Notes under the pieces: generated by a model
Database searches by the model: none
What the model was told of the DNA's origin: nothing
The model's input: the letters and a program-made list of their open reading frames with translations, nothing else
Shown here: positions 1-13,095 of the stretch, piece by piece
Layout: the number at the start of each line of letters is the position of its first letter
Numbering within the stretch: the stretch's first letter is position 1
Program-made: the position numbers and the translations under genes
Assembly: GCF_006345805.1 (NCBI RefSeq)
Contig: NW_021832829.1
Coordinates: forward strand, 434,001 to 498,000
DNA: 64,000 nucleotides
Origin: Octopus sinensis
Lineage: Eukaryota
Direction of reading: 5' to 3'

Positions 1-900
1 CCTGTTGGACGCCACAGGACGAAGAAATGAAAAAACCGCCGGCGATTAAAAGTGATGGAAGCGAGTACGAAAGTGAGATAAAAGGAAGCAAGTGTGGAAC
101 ACGGTCTTGACAGACCTCCAACAAATAGCCACGGTCCAGAGAATTGAAAGCATTAGTTACATCCAGTTTCAATAAGGCAAGGGGAATATTGGAACGAATA
201 GAAGCGTGAATAAAACAACGACAGGCATAGACAAAAGACTCGCAGCCGCCAGGAACACCCACACCCAAATGAATGGGCTGCAGTTGCTCGCCAATAGAAG
301 GGATAACGGACTTGCAACAGATTTTCGCAAATAAACGACGAAAGACATTTCCAACAGGAATAGGCCTGATACCACCATCTTTCTTGCCCAAAGCTGTAAG
401 ATTCGCGGAAAAGAACAGAATTCTAGCATGGTCAGAAATTTTGCCGCTTAGAAATAAATTGCACAAGTTAGTGCAAGCATTCAAGAGGTGATTCCCGGTA
501 TCACCAGTTGCGGAAATTAAGTCTCTCAAATGAATAGGGCGGAGACCGTCGATACCTTTGCTACTGTTACCCCTAAAAAAGTTTAAGACGTCCAGAAGTT
601 GTTTGGAAGAAACAGAAAAGGGAAAACAGGAGGAATGGGCCATATCAAAGGTTACTGGTTTTCTAATAGGGTGCTTTTCCTTGAGAATGCGAGCAACATC
701 GGGGGTGATTGTACGGACAGAATCGGAAGATGACAAGAGACGAACAGCCGCGCTGACATCATGCGACATTAGACAGGAGTTAATCAGAGACCGTAAACGT
801 TTAGAAGCGTCCTTCGACGAGAGCATAGCGGTAGATTTTAAATGGGAGAGAAACGGAAGATAAAGAGTGAGAAATACGCTAAAATTGGAAATGACAGAGT
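1..900 (-). mobile_element. CRE-clade non-LTR retrotransposon fragment (RT region), degenerate, runs off window start
   Basis: Minus strand encodes GIDGLRP, FFSANLTALGKKDGGIRPIPVGNVFRRLFAK and SSCGVQQ, homologous to the CRE RT at 7364-9085; contains frameshifts. Confidence 0.85.
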
Positions 901-914
901 GTTTGTCCCCTTGA

Positions 915-1075
915 CTGTTGAGACGTCAGGAATACAAGGAACCTTCTACTCGGAGCCTACTCCTGCGGATTGGCTCACTAATGGAAAAGGTTACCGGCGA
1001 TCCGTCTAAGCACCGGTATTTAACCGAACGAATATCCATAGCCATAGTCAGAGGCAATGACCAGTTTTCTCTAGT
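915..1075 (+). mobile_element. CRE-clade retrotransposon 3' end fragment (RLE endonuclease tail)
   Basis: VETSG...TGDPS...ERISIAIVRGN, the C-terminal motif shared by the CRE copies in the window that retain a 3' end. Confidence 0.8.
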
Positions 1076-1139
1076 CTTTTTATTAATAAATGTCACCGTC
1101 CAGACCGGCCGGGGTGCCAGATCGGTCACGTTCAAAATT

Positions 1140-1391
1140 AAAAAAAAATTATCTTTTTTTTGGGATGATTTTTTTGGGATGATTCCTCTGGATTGCATGA
1201 AATTGATAGCTTCTGACATATTTGTGGGTAGATTGAATAGATTGACCTCACTTCTCATTTAAATTAAAGTAGCGTGGGATTTTATTATTTTTATATTGTA
1301 TTATTTTTAATTATATATTTTTTTTAACTAAAAAAAATATAGTTTTTTTAAAATTCGCTAAAAAGTGGCCGCCAACTACTACATATGTACC
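1140..1391 (-). mobile_element. Merlin/ISXO2-like DNA transposon 5' remnant
   Basis: Minus-strand peptide FNLPTNMSEAINFMQSRGIIPK resembles YELPRTEMESVAFLQEVGIFPK of the element at 27710; GGTACATATGTAGTAGTTGGCGGCCAC end at 1391; no second end found. Confidence 0.4.
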
Positions 1392-1866
1392 GTAAACCAT
1401 TCCAAAAAAATGATATGTTTATTTGAAAGTAATTTTGTTTGCGAACAGTTATTTTTAAAAATGAAAAACACGAAAAACAATCATAGAACAGAAATTACTG
1501 ATAATCATCTTAAATTACTGATAATCATGTTCCGCCTCTTAATTAGTGATTTCTTTACCTTATAAACTGTCTAAATTCAAAAAAAAAAAATCATCTTAAT
1601 GTTGTTTTAATTTTAGCGTCCACGACCTATGCACCCAATATCGATGAACTCCCGAACAATCCAAAGTAGTCGATTGAAAGAAGGACAAATGACAGTATAT
1701 GAAAAATTAAACAGCAAATTCATTTAAAATAAAATTTACACGTTGTTTGGATAAAGTTTTATTCAATTAATTAATATTAGCCCTAAATAAGTAAAAAAAT
1801 ATCCGGCCCGCAGACCAATAATTTTTTATAATCCGGCCCGTGAAGTCGAAATTCTGCCGACCCCTG
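1392..1866 (+). mobile_element. hAT (Buster/Charlie-type) transposon 3' remnant with right TIR
   Basis: KMICLFESNFVCEQLFLKMKNTKNNHRTEITDNHL matches the hAT C-terminal dimerisation motif; two ATCCGGCCCG subterminal repeats; ends in GCCGACCCCTG (reverse complement CAGGGGTCGGC). Confidence 0.75.
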
Positions 1867-2131
1867 CTTTATAAGAATGGAATACTCAATTCGATTGAAA
1901 GTAGGGAGCATGTTAAAATCGAATGACTTGAAATTTTAATAATTAAATAAACATTCATTTTTATTTTTTGTTAAATTCACTCTTAGTAAAACAAGCCATC
2001 ATTAAATTATACAAATTTTTTGCTTTTGTATTGAAATTTGTTCAATTTTTGAGTATATATTTTAACCATTTTTGTTAAGCTAAAATTAAATTTAAAATAA
2101 ACGAACATCAATAATAAATTACATCAAGAAA

Positions 2132-3231
2132 ATGCGATCATTCTACCACTGGGTGATATTAGCGTGATAATAAACACAGGCATCTATTCTTACAGACGTC
2201 GAGATAGTCACCCACTGCAGACTAAGTGATTATACAGTCTTCATCCGATTAGTCGACATTATGTAATACTTTTATTTTCACCAGTTGTGACACTACCACC
2301 ACAAATACGGCACTCATTAAAAGACAAGAGTACGTGAAAGAATATTTGGAGCATGGTTTGCTCTTTATTCATTTTTCAGTCTTCGAGGATTCCCCTGTGG
2401 AATTGGATTGTGTGTTTGACCTTCTGAGCCACGACGACTGTTTTAGCTTAAATTCTGTATTATATTGTATACTATTCCTTATTTACTCGTATTGCTTTTG
2501 ACATTACTTCCTTCTTCTGTCTCCGAGTCAATTTTGTATAAAATTAACGAGAGTCTCTCTCTGTTGAGTATGGAAGATTACACTCTGCTCGGTGGTGTCC
2601 TTCCCACCCTTTACGATGAGACTGATTCCGTCAAACCCTCGCTTTGGGCCATTGGGGAACTTTGTGTACATCCCTTTCGTTGTTTTTGTATTCATTTTGT
2701 AGTTTCTTTGGAGGTGAATGAGACAGTCGAGTCCAAGGACGACATCTGTCTCCGTGATTTACTCCAATCTGTCATTTCTCGCCGAAATGTACTAATTTTT
2801 TGGCCCTTCAAGAAATAGGTGCAGTTGGAGCAACTTGAAGTGCAGGTAAACGAGAAAGAACGTCAAATAAAGTTGATTTCTCAACAATTGTTAGAAGCAC
2901 AATCCCGTTTAAGACAAGAAGGTGGGAAACAATATATTTGTGCATAGAGGACAAAGCCCAACTTCTCTCCTCGCAGTGCAAGCAAAGTGAGATCACGATA
3001 GAACAACTCGGAAAAGAGTTGAAAAATTTAAAGCCGAAAACATTGGAGGTTGATTCCTGCCTTTTGACTGGTCGGAATATTGAATTGCATGAGCGTTGGT
3101 GTCAGTTGAAAGAGTTGTGCGCGGATGCTACCAAAAAATTGAAGGAATGTAAAGAAGAGCATAAACTGTTAGAGAATGCATTCCTGTTCAGGCAACATAA
3201 AAAAATAATTAAAAAACAACTATTTAATTAG
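2132..3231 (+). CDS. Uncharacterised micro-intron host gene with a C-terminal coiled coil (possibly HOOK/NuMA-like); 3' end uncertain
   Basis: ATG 2132; GT-AG introns 2153-2179 (27 nt), 2263-2284 (22 nt) and 2356-2379 (24 nt) keep the frame open; later exons are heptad-rich (VQLEQLEVQVNEKERQIKLISQQLLEAQSRL); one junction near 2460 is unresolved. Confidence 0.5.
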
Positions 3232-3784
3232 TTGTGCGTCAAATTTTTTTCGGAAGCCAAAAGGCCACAATGGCATCTAGTAGTTCGTCAAATGCGTTGC
3301 GCTGTTTAACTCATTTACTTGTCCTCTCAAAAGAAATGTTTATCGACAATATTAACATGTGTAACCTCCTCTACAACCTTCCTACCATCTCTAACTGAGG
3401 ATTCATAATTTTCATCCTAAAATTTGAGTCACTAATTTGTGTTCTTTGCCATTAATTTTACAGCAAATATTTCAGTAAAAGAATTGTCAATGATTGATTA
3501 TATTTCATTGATCCATCTATTCTTTGAAAATTGAGAACTTTTGGTGAATTTTTTAGCGAATAAATATAACCCTATTTTGTATTTATTTTAGCAGAGACAT
3601 TTTGGAATTCGTTTTTAATTGTTTCTACGAGTTCCGCTGGAGAGAAGAAGAGAGAAGGCTCTCCAATTTTGTTATGTAGCTGGTTATATTGTATTTTATT
3701 GCACTTTGTATCCTTATTTCAGCTATCTGGAGCATCACTGAGATATTATTATAGCACATTCCGTAGGGACATAAATAGAAAGAG

Positions 3785-4245
3785 TTATATTCCTACACGT
3801 GCCACACACGATACGGCCTTCTGTACCAACAATTTCCAACTTCTGCGGTTTTGGGCCAGTATCCGAAGTTCGTCGAGATCATCACAGGTCTTCAGGGTTT
3901 TCTTTAAAAGCCTCAAGTCGTCTTGCAGAACAACCGGTAGGGTTGTTCTGGGTCGTCCTCGAAATTTTACGTCATCTGATAGGAAGTATTCTTGCATGGT
4001 CACATAGGAAGGTGAATTTGGATCCATCCTCAAGATGTGTCCAAATAGTTTCCAGTGACCATTGACAATATCCCGACTAATTGGCCTCGAGTTGCTGATC
4101 TTGTAAATAGTTGAGTTGCTGATTTTCTTCGGCCAGTGTAGGCAGTTCAGGGAACGAAGCTGTTTTCTGTGGAAAGAATCAAGGTTCTTTAAATCTGAAT
4201 CAGAAATGCCCCATGGTGAGGAATTGTAGAGTAGTACAGGTTTGA
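3785..4245 (-). mobile_element. RTE-like LINE 3' fragment
   Basis: PVLLYNSSPW...LDSFHRKQLR...WKLFGHILRM...RGRPRTTL...AQNRRSW is the typical RTE-group post-RT region. Confidence 0.75.
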
Positions 4246-5187
4246 CGAAAGATAAGAGCATTCTGTTGATAAAAGAACAGATCGACGAAAGAAACCGTGA
4301 TCTCGAGTTTCCAGTGTCCGGCGAGATTAGGTCCTTAAGATGTCCTGGTCGCAGCCCGTCTAGACCCGTCCCGCTGCTTGGAGCGAAGGATAAAATTCCG
4401 GCTTTAATGTCATCGTCCGAGATAAACAATGGCTGAAGAATCCCTGGGAGAGGTGGAATTCGAGAGTCGCTTTGAGCAGCCGGATGTCGATCCAGGAGAG
4501 CTTCATGAGTCTCAATTGAAGGCTTCAGGAATGGACTATCACTGGAGAGCACTCTCAAAGCCGAGTGTATTCCTCCTTCCAATAATTTAGAATGAATAGT
4601 CCTCCGTAAATGTATCTCTTCAGAAAGTGTATCCTTTGGTATCTTTCGATGACTCTTCACAGTAGCCGGTTGTAATGGGGGATCGATCACTGTAAGTTCG
4701 GAATCAAACAGGCGTATGTTTTCTTTGTCGGACGATGAAAAAGATCTACCACGATTCGTAGAACCAGAAGGTAAACCCAAACACAACGGGCAAAACAAAG
4801 CAGGCGGATCCAGTAACTGATGTCGTTCGATGATAACGAGCTTTCAATGCTGGCTGAAAGGCAGTCGGCAGCGGTTAAACGAGCTCCTCTGGGAATCCCT
4901 ATGAGGATGTGTCTTGAGGATGACCATTTAGAAATCGTGTCAAGTAGGCGTTCGTGATCCAACGGCACAGTGCAAGCAGTTTGATTGAAGGGGGCAGTGC
5001 CAGCTGGAAAGCATCGATGACAGTCCCAATGGGAAATGTTAGTAAGGGCTTTCTTAGAAACTCCTACGGATGACATGTGAAAGAGCCTTGAGCACGCTGA
5101 ACAAGTGATCGTTCTCTTTCTCGTGTTAATTATGTTGCATTTTTCGCACGAATGGCTGTTTTTCTTATTTACCTCATTAATCTTCAT
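4246..5187 (-). mobile_element. CRE-clade retrotransposon 5' part (PHD-like finger and pre-RT region), frameshifted
   Basis: CEKC...CSACSRLFH...WDCHRC finger, IPRGAR motif and SGTGLDGLRPGHLKDL; homologous to 6496-7400. Confidence 0.85.
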
Positions 5188-5555
5188 TGCACTGACTCTG
5201 TGTTGAAAATAGTGATTACACTACACCACGTCAAAAAAATTCATATTAATTATTTTACATGTCCCGAACGTGTCTTAATCTGATACAGTGAATACTCGCA
5301 AATTCGCTATTTTTGGTCATTTTTTGCTGATAATTTGAGAATTCACAAATTTCAGAATATAATCAATAATTTTTGAATGTGGTAAAACTGTTTAATAATT
5401 TAAAAATAGACAAAATTGACGTAATTAAAAAAATTAATTTAATTCTTCTTTTCCTAATTTGAGGGAGACCTTCCAATTTGGAATTATTGACATTATAAAC
5501 TTTGATATCCATTCAGGAAGCCCGGAATTTTTCAGAATCTCTGAAGGAACGTCAT

Positions 5556-6215
5556 TTAGCGAGGCGTGGCGGGACCTCGACCGGCGCTCCTGCGACACGA
5601 GAGAGGGTGGAGCCCTTTAGCGTCGACTTTGGCTCCACATCGGCATCGGTGGATGCTGCATATGTTGAGGCCAAGCCGAAGGGAGATCCCAATCCTCAGG
5701 CAGTCGTCATCCAAAAAGGTTCCTGTTGATGTAGATGGGTAGGCGCCGAGCCATGCATCGCTGTGAGGATGTGCGGCCGAGAGTAGGCACGCTAGCCGGT
5801 GTTGGTCTAGCTCTGGTTTCATCTTCCAAAACGAGTCGGCGGCCCAGATTTCATCCCATTCCCGTTGCACGGACATGTCGGACGGAAGAAGTAGGTTAGC
5901 GTCAGTCCAGAATTCCAGGAGGTCGGCGGTCGGCAACTCCAGAGAGAGTTCGTTGAAGGGGAGTAGAACCACTAGGACGAGTTGCCGGCTTCTGGAAATT
6001 GAAGAGAAATGTGCATGTGGAGCCAGATCTTTCGGCGAGCGAAGACCGATCCCTCCGAACCTGACGGGAAGTTTTGCTTGAGTCCAACCGATTTCGTCAA
6101 AGGAAATGTTCAGAACTGCTTCCGTGCAGGATTTCAATGATTTTTCCAAGTAAGACAGAATGTCTGGATGCGAGTAGCATGGCAGGCAGTGGAGCGTGTA
6201 CAGAATTTTCGACAT
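5556..6215 (-). mobile_element. CRE-clade retrotransposon internal fragment (post-RT region, zinc knuckle)
   Basis: QAKLPVRFGGIGLR, QHRLACL and LRLGLNICSIHRCRCG...HPLSCRRSAGR. Confidence 0.85.
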
Positions 6216-6269
6216 ATGTAATTGAGATTATGAAATAAATTGAGTAATAATTTGCTTAAAAAAAAATTT

Positions 6270-9206
6270 GCACGTTGCACGTTGTTGTTGTGGTGCACTT
6301 TTTCAGTATATTTGTCAACCTATCTTATCTTTTTCTTTCATTTTATCTCTCCATTTATCATTTCTTTTTCTTTCATTTTATTTGTCCTTCTATCTCTTCC
6401 ATTTCTTTATTTCATTTCTTTCTGAACTTCTTTCTTCTTTCTTTTCTATTTCTTTTTTATACATTTCCATCTTTCTTTTCTATTTCTTTCCTACGATGGC
6501 TATTTGCTCTTCATGCAAAACTAGCAACGATCGGAAGAAAGGTAGATACTGTTCTGGCTGCAACAGTTTCTTCCACCTTTCGTGTGTTCGACTTTCCAGG
6601 CGCGTTTCAGCTTCTCTCATAACCTGGAACTGCCCTGTTTGTCGTTCTTGTTCCCCGTTCGGCCAACAGTCCGCCGGAAATCCCTGCTGAAAGTCCATCT
6701 CCGTCAGCCGAAGATGCTTTAAGATTCATCTATTCTTCTCGCTGTAACCGCCAAATTCCGGCACGGATACCGAAGGCAGCGAGGATTCAAGCTGCTATCT
6801 CTTTGTCCACAGCTATAAACCGAGCTTTGTCATCTAATGACCAGTCTGACTGGTTACTCCTTTTTGGTTTTGCTGTTTTCGGTATTGGGATCCAACCCTC
6901 CCGGCCCGACAGCGAGTCTAAAAAACTTTCTCCCGCATCGATTATTAAACAGCAACTCGCCCTATTCGATCATTGTACTTCTCTGTTTCCCTCCCAGTTC
7001 GATTCCCTCCACTCTGACTCTCACAAATGTGTCGCCCCTTCTGTGGTTAACACTAAAACTTCCTCCGATTGCATTTACCTCCGTCGTAAGGTGAACAGCA
7101 AGCTGTTGGACGGCGACGTCCGCGGAGCTGTAACACTTGTTGCCTCCTCTAACCGGCTTTTGTCCCCATCTCCTTCCGCATTGTCTAATTTGAGATCCAA
7201 GCACCCCAGTCCTCCAGTAAACTCCCGCACTTAACCCGCTGTCGATACGACCGCCCTTCCGCAACTGCTGGTTACCGCTTCACAGGTTGAGAAGGCACTG
7301 AAAAGTTTTTCCTCAAGCAGCAGTGGGGGTATAGATGGGCTGAAGCCCGGACACATTAAAGACTTGACTTCACCTCTTACTGCTGAGGCAGGCCGTCTCC
7401 TCTTGGAATCTATCACCAATCTCTGTAACCGTCTTATCGGTGGGAATTTACCGGATTTTGCCCGGGCGATTTTCTTCTCGGCTAATCTCACTGCTTTGGG
7501 TAAAAAAGATAACGGGGTCAGGCCGATCGCCGTGGGTAATGTTTTCCGCAGATTGGCCGGAAAGCTCGTTTGCCACGTTGTGATCCCCGAGTTGGTCCCG
7601 AAATTTTTGCCAGTCCAATTGGGCGTCGGCGTCAGTGGAGGGTGTGAATCGGCTGCCCATGCCGTAAGAGAACTTATGGATTCTTCATTGGAATATCTTT
7701 TAGTTAAACTGGACATATCAAATGCGTTTAACACAGTGAGACGGGATCATTTGCTCGAGACCTGCCTTTCTCTCGCCCCCTCCGCTTATCCTCTGGTCGA
7801 CCTTTCGTACTCACAACCCAGCCTCCTCCTGTTTGGCGATTCCTTTATCGTCTCATCGACCGGAGTGCAACAGGGAGATCCCCTGGGGCCTTTCCTATTT
7901 GCTATGTGTGTCAACTCCGTCGCTCATTCTGTCCGCTCTCCGGTAAATATCTGGTACTTGGACGACGCGACGATTTGTGGACCTCCCCGCTCTGTCTTAG
8001 ACGACCTGCGGAGCATTATCCCGGCCCTTTCATCCATCGGTCTGGAGATAAACTCAAGCAAGTCCGAAGTCCTAAATCTGAATATTCCTTCCGATTTTTT
8101 TGCCGAAACTCTGGACGCCCTGGAACCTATTCTAAAAGGCGCGCGGGTATCAGAAACAAAGGACCTTGTAATCCTTGGTTCGCCAATTGGTCACGAGGCC
8201 CTCTCACAAACGCTCATCGCCAAGGCAAGCAATCTGTCAAACATGATCGAACGGCTTTCCCTCATTGATGCCCACGTCGGGTTCTTTCTTCTGCGTAACT
8301 ATTTCTCAACTCCGAGGCTTTTGTACACCCTAAGGAGTTCTCCTTGTTTTCGCATGCCTAATCTGTTATCCGATATCGATTCTATCTTGAAGTCTGGAGC
8401 CGAGTATCTGTGCAACATCCATTTCGACGCTCTGGGGTGGCTTCAATCTTCCCTGCCTGTTAATCTCGGGGGGATTGGCCTTCGTTCGCCCGTTTATCTG
8501 GCTCTTCCTGCCTTCCTCTCGTCCCTGGCATCATCCCGTGCCCTCACTGACATCGTTCTCAGAAACCTTCCCGAACGAAAAATGTCAGTTGATCACGTGG
8601 CCGCTCTGGACCTTTGGGATTCATTGTACAACAAAAGACCCAGTGACCCGTGTATCCAAGCTCAATGGGATGCCATTTCTTGTGAAGCTCTTGACGTACA
8701 TCTACGCAAAAATTTCGATCAGCACAGACTTGCATGTCTCCGCGCAGGCTGCTGCACAGGGAGTGGGGCCTGGCTGGATGCTCTCCCTGTCCCTTCCACC
8801 GGTAACCTACTAGACAAAGATTGCCTACGAATTGGTTTATCATTGCGTCTTGGATTGGAAATCTGCGAAATACACAAATGTCGTTGTGGTGCTGTCATTG
8901 ACCGTTTTGGTCTACATCCCCTTTCCTGTCGTCGCAGTGCAGGGCGCGCAGCACGCCATGCAGCACTTAACGACGTTATTCAGAGGGGGCTCACGGCCGC
9001 TGGGATTCCATCAATCCTCGAACCCGTCGGGCTTGCGAGGGGAGACGGAAAAAGACCCGACGGCCTACCGGACTTTCCCGTTTGAGTTCGGCAAGTCTCT
9101 GTTATGGGATGCGACGTGTTCAGACACTTTCTCGGAGCTCAACCTTCCTTCTTCAGCTGTCGAGCCTGGCTCAGTCTCTCGCAAAACCGAGAAGATGAAG
9201 ATTGGA
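6270..9206 (+). mobile_element. Near full-length CRE-clade retrotransposon (PHD finger, RT, zinc knuckle, RLE endonuclease); a few disablements; 3' end lost at the satellite
   Basis: Pyrimidine-rich 5' UTR; ATG 6496 MAICSSC...CSGC..FH..C...WNCPVC; RT motifs RPIAVG, KLDISNAFN, GVQQGDPLGP, WYLDD; CRC..HPLSC...RH; KRPDG and WDATC. The 5' terminus GTTGCACGTTGTTGTT recurs at 60845-60860 (-). Confidence 0.93.
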
Positions 9207-12200
9207 AAGATTTTGTAATAAATTATGTGACATATTATGCAATTTGGGAAGGTAGCAGGATGTGAGGATTTAGGGGTACTTGAGATTATGTAATTAATTG
9301 CGCAATATATACAACAATTTAGAGAGGTCTCTAGATGTGTGAATAAGTGGGTACTAGAGATTATGTAATAAATTGCCTAATATATTACGTAATTTTTAGA
9401 GGTCCCTATATGTAAAGTATAGGGTTCTTGAGATTATGTACTAAATTGCGTTATATACTTTCCAATTTGGAGATGTTTCTAAATTTTAGGATATGGGGGT
9501 ACTTGAGATTATATCATAAATTGAGTAACATTTATATTATGCAATATGGTGAGGTTGCAGGATGTAAGAATATGGGGGTTCTTGAAATTATGTAATAAAT
9601 TGCGTAAAATATGAATTTTGGAAAGTTTCCAGGATGTGAGGATATATTGGTTCTTGAGATTATTTAATAGATTGCGTTATATATTTTCAATTGGAGAGGT
9701 CCCTAAATGTTGGGATATGGAGGTACTTGAAATTTTGTAATAAATTATGTAACATATTATGCAATTTGGGGAGGTGCCAGGATGTGAGGATTTAGGGGTA
9801 CTTAAGATTATGTAATTAATTGCGTAATATATACTACAATTAAGAGAGGTCTCTAGATGTGTGAATATGTGGGTACTTTAGATTATGTAATAAATTGCCT
9901 AATATATTACGTAATTTTTGGAGGTCCCTATATGTAAAGATATATGGGTTCTTGAGATTATGTACTAAATTGCGTTATATACTTTCCAATTTGGAGATGT
10001 TTCTAAATTTTAGGATATGGGGGTACTTGAGATTATATCATAAATTGAGTGAGTAACATTTATATTATGCAATTAGGGGAGGTGTCAGGATGTGAGGATT
10101 TAGGTTTTCTTTATTATGTAATATGCGTAAAAATGCTAAAATATGAAATTTCCAGAGGTCCCAGGATGTGAGGATATATGGGTTCTTGAGATTATTTTAA
10201 CAATTGCGTTATGTATTTTCATTGGAGAGGTCTCTAAATGTTGGATATGGGGGTACTTGAGATTTTGAAATAAATTATGTAACATATTATGCAATTTGGG
10301 GAGGTGCCAGGATGTGATGATTTAGGGGTACTTGAGATTATGTAATTAATTGCGTAATATATACTACAATTAAGAGAGGTCTTAGATGTGTGAAAAGTGC
10401 GTAATTGAGATTATGTAATAAATTGCCTAATATATTACGTAATTTTTGGAGGTCCCTATATGTAAAGATATATGGGTTCTTGATTGATTATGTACTAAAT
10501 TGCGTTATATACTTTCCAATTTGGAGATGTTTCTAAATTTTAGGATATGGGGGTACTTAATATTGTATCATAAATTGAGTAACATTTATATTATCAATTT
10601 GGGGAGGTGTCAGGATGTGAGGATTTAGGGGTACTTAGATTATGTAATTAATGCGTAACAAATTGCGTAAAATATAAATTTGGAGAGTTTCCAGGATGTG
10701 AGGATATATTGTTCTTGAGATTATTTAATAGATTGCGTTATATATTCAATTGGAGAGGTCCCTAAATGTTGGGATATGGAGGTACTTGAAATTGGTAATA
10801 AATTATGTAACATATTATGCAATTTGGGAGAGGTGTCAGGATGTGAGGATTTAGGGGTACTTGAGATTATGTAATAATTGCGTAATATCAACTACAATTT
10901 AAGAGGTCTCTAGATGTGTGAATAAGTGGGTACTTGAGATTATGTACTAAATTGTGTTATATACTTTCCAATTTAGAGAGGTTTCTTAATTTTAGGATAT
11001 GGGGGTACTTGAGATTATATCATAAATTGAGTAACATTTATATTATGCATATGGTGAGGTTGCAGGATGTAAGGATATGGGGGTTCTTGAAATTATGTAA
11101 TAAATTGTGTAAATTTGAATTTTGGAGAATTTCCAGGATGTGAGGATATATTGGTTCTTGAGATTATTTAATAGATTGCGTTATATATTTTCATTTGGAG
11201 AGATCTCTAAATGTTGGGATATGGGGTTACTTAAGATTTTGTAATAAATTATGTAACATATTATGCAATTTGGGGAGGTGCCAGGATGTGAGGATTTAGG
11301 GGTACTTGAGATTATGTAATTAATTGCGTAATATATACTACAATTAAGAGAGGTCTCTAGATGTGTGAATAAGTGGGTACTTTAGATTATGTAATAAATT
11401 GCCTAATATATTACGTAATTTTTGGAGGTCCCTATATGTAAAGATATATGGGTTCTTGAGATTATGTACTAAATTGTGTTATATACTTTCCAATTTAGAG
11501 AGGTTTCTTAATTTTAGGATATGGGGGTACATGAGATTATATCATAAATTGAGTAACATTTATATTATGCAATATGGTGAGGTTGCAGGATGTAAGGATA
11601 TGGGGGTTCTTGAAATTATGTAATAAATTGTGTAAATTTGAATTTTGGAGAATTTCAGGATGTGAGGATATATTGGTTCTTGAGATTATTTAATAGATTG
11701 CGTTATATATTTTCAATTGGAGAGGTCCCTAAATGTTGGGATATGGAGGTACTTGAAATTTTGTAATAAATTATGTAACATATTATGCAATTTGGAGAGG
11801 GTCAGGATGTGAGGATTTAGGGGTACTTGAGATTATGTAATTAATTGCGTAATATCAACTACAATTTAAAGGTCTCTAGATGTGTGAATAAGTGGGTACT
11901 TGAGATTATGTACTAAATTGTGTTATATACTTTCCAATTTAGAGAGGTTTCTTAATTTTAGGATATGGGGGTACTTGAGATTATATCATAAATTGAGTAA
12001 CATTTATATTATGCAATATTGTGAGGTTGCAGGATGTAAGGATATGGGGGTTCTTGAAATTATGTAATAAATTGCGTAAAATTTGAATTTTGGAGAATTT
12101 CCAGGATGTGAGGATATATTGGTTCTTGAGATTATTTAATAGATTGCGTTATATATTTTCATTTGGAGAGATCTCTAAATGTTGGGATATGGGGTTACTT

Positions 12201-12598
12201 AAGATTTTGTAATAAATTATGTAACATATTATGCAATTTGGGGAGGTGCCAGGATGTGAGGATTTAGGGGTACTTGAGATTATGTAATAAATTGCCTAAT
12301 ATATTACGTAATTTTTGGAGGTCCCTATATGTAAAGATATATGGGTTCTTGAGATTATGTACTAAATTGCGTTATATACTTTCCAATTTGGAGATGTTTC
12401 TAAATTTTAGGTTATGGGGGTACTTATATTGTATCATAAATTGAGTAACATTTATATTATCAATTGGGGAGGTGTCAGGATGTGAGGATTTAGGGGTACT
12501 TGAGATTATGTATTAATTGCGTACACAATTGCGTAAAATATGAATTTTGGAGAGTTTCCAGGATGTGAGGATATATTGGTTCTTGAGATTATTTAATA

Positions 12599-13056
12599 TG
12601 TCGCGAGCGCAGCGAGCGACCACTCAATTTCTAGATCCGATCAATCAAAAAATCTATAAATTGACAAATACCCAGGCTTGTATTTGGGATTAAATATATT
12701 CGATAACAAAATTAAAATCGATGCCAAAGCAGAATGAGCTTTAAAACCGATTTCATAAATAAAAATATATTTTAAAATTATAATTGATATTTTAGAATAA
12801 TGAGAAAAAATCTAAATGCTTCATAATTTATAAAAAGTCAAAACAAGAATCTTCTGAAGGAGCAAGCCTGTCTGCACAGTTCATTTTTGATTAGAAGACC
12901 TAATTTTAGAGATTAAAACGAAAAAATAGCAATGAGATCTGTCAAATTATTACCCCCCTCACAACCTAAACCAAATTAGCGTTCAGATTCATTGATTTTA
13001 CTTTTTCTATTAAGGTCTACTTATAAATTATTTTATGGGATTCAATGGAAAACTTA

Positions 13057-13095
<39 letters not shown>

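Noticed and set aside
6240-6495. Phe/Ser/Leu-rich ORFs resembling membrane proteins
   Set aside because: Translation of the pyrimidine-rich CRE 5' UTR, which also occurs at 60690-60850
9259-9268. GGATGTGAGG, identical to the 5' end of vertebrate 7SK RNA
   Set aside because: Only 10 nt, repeated throughout the satellite, with no GAUC stems following
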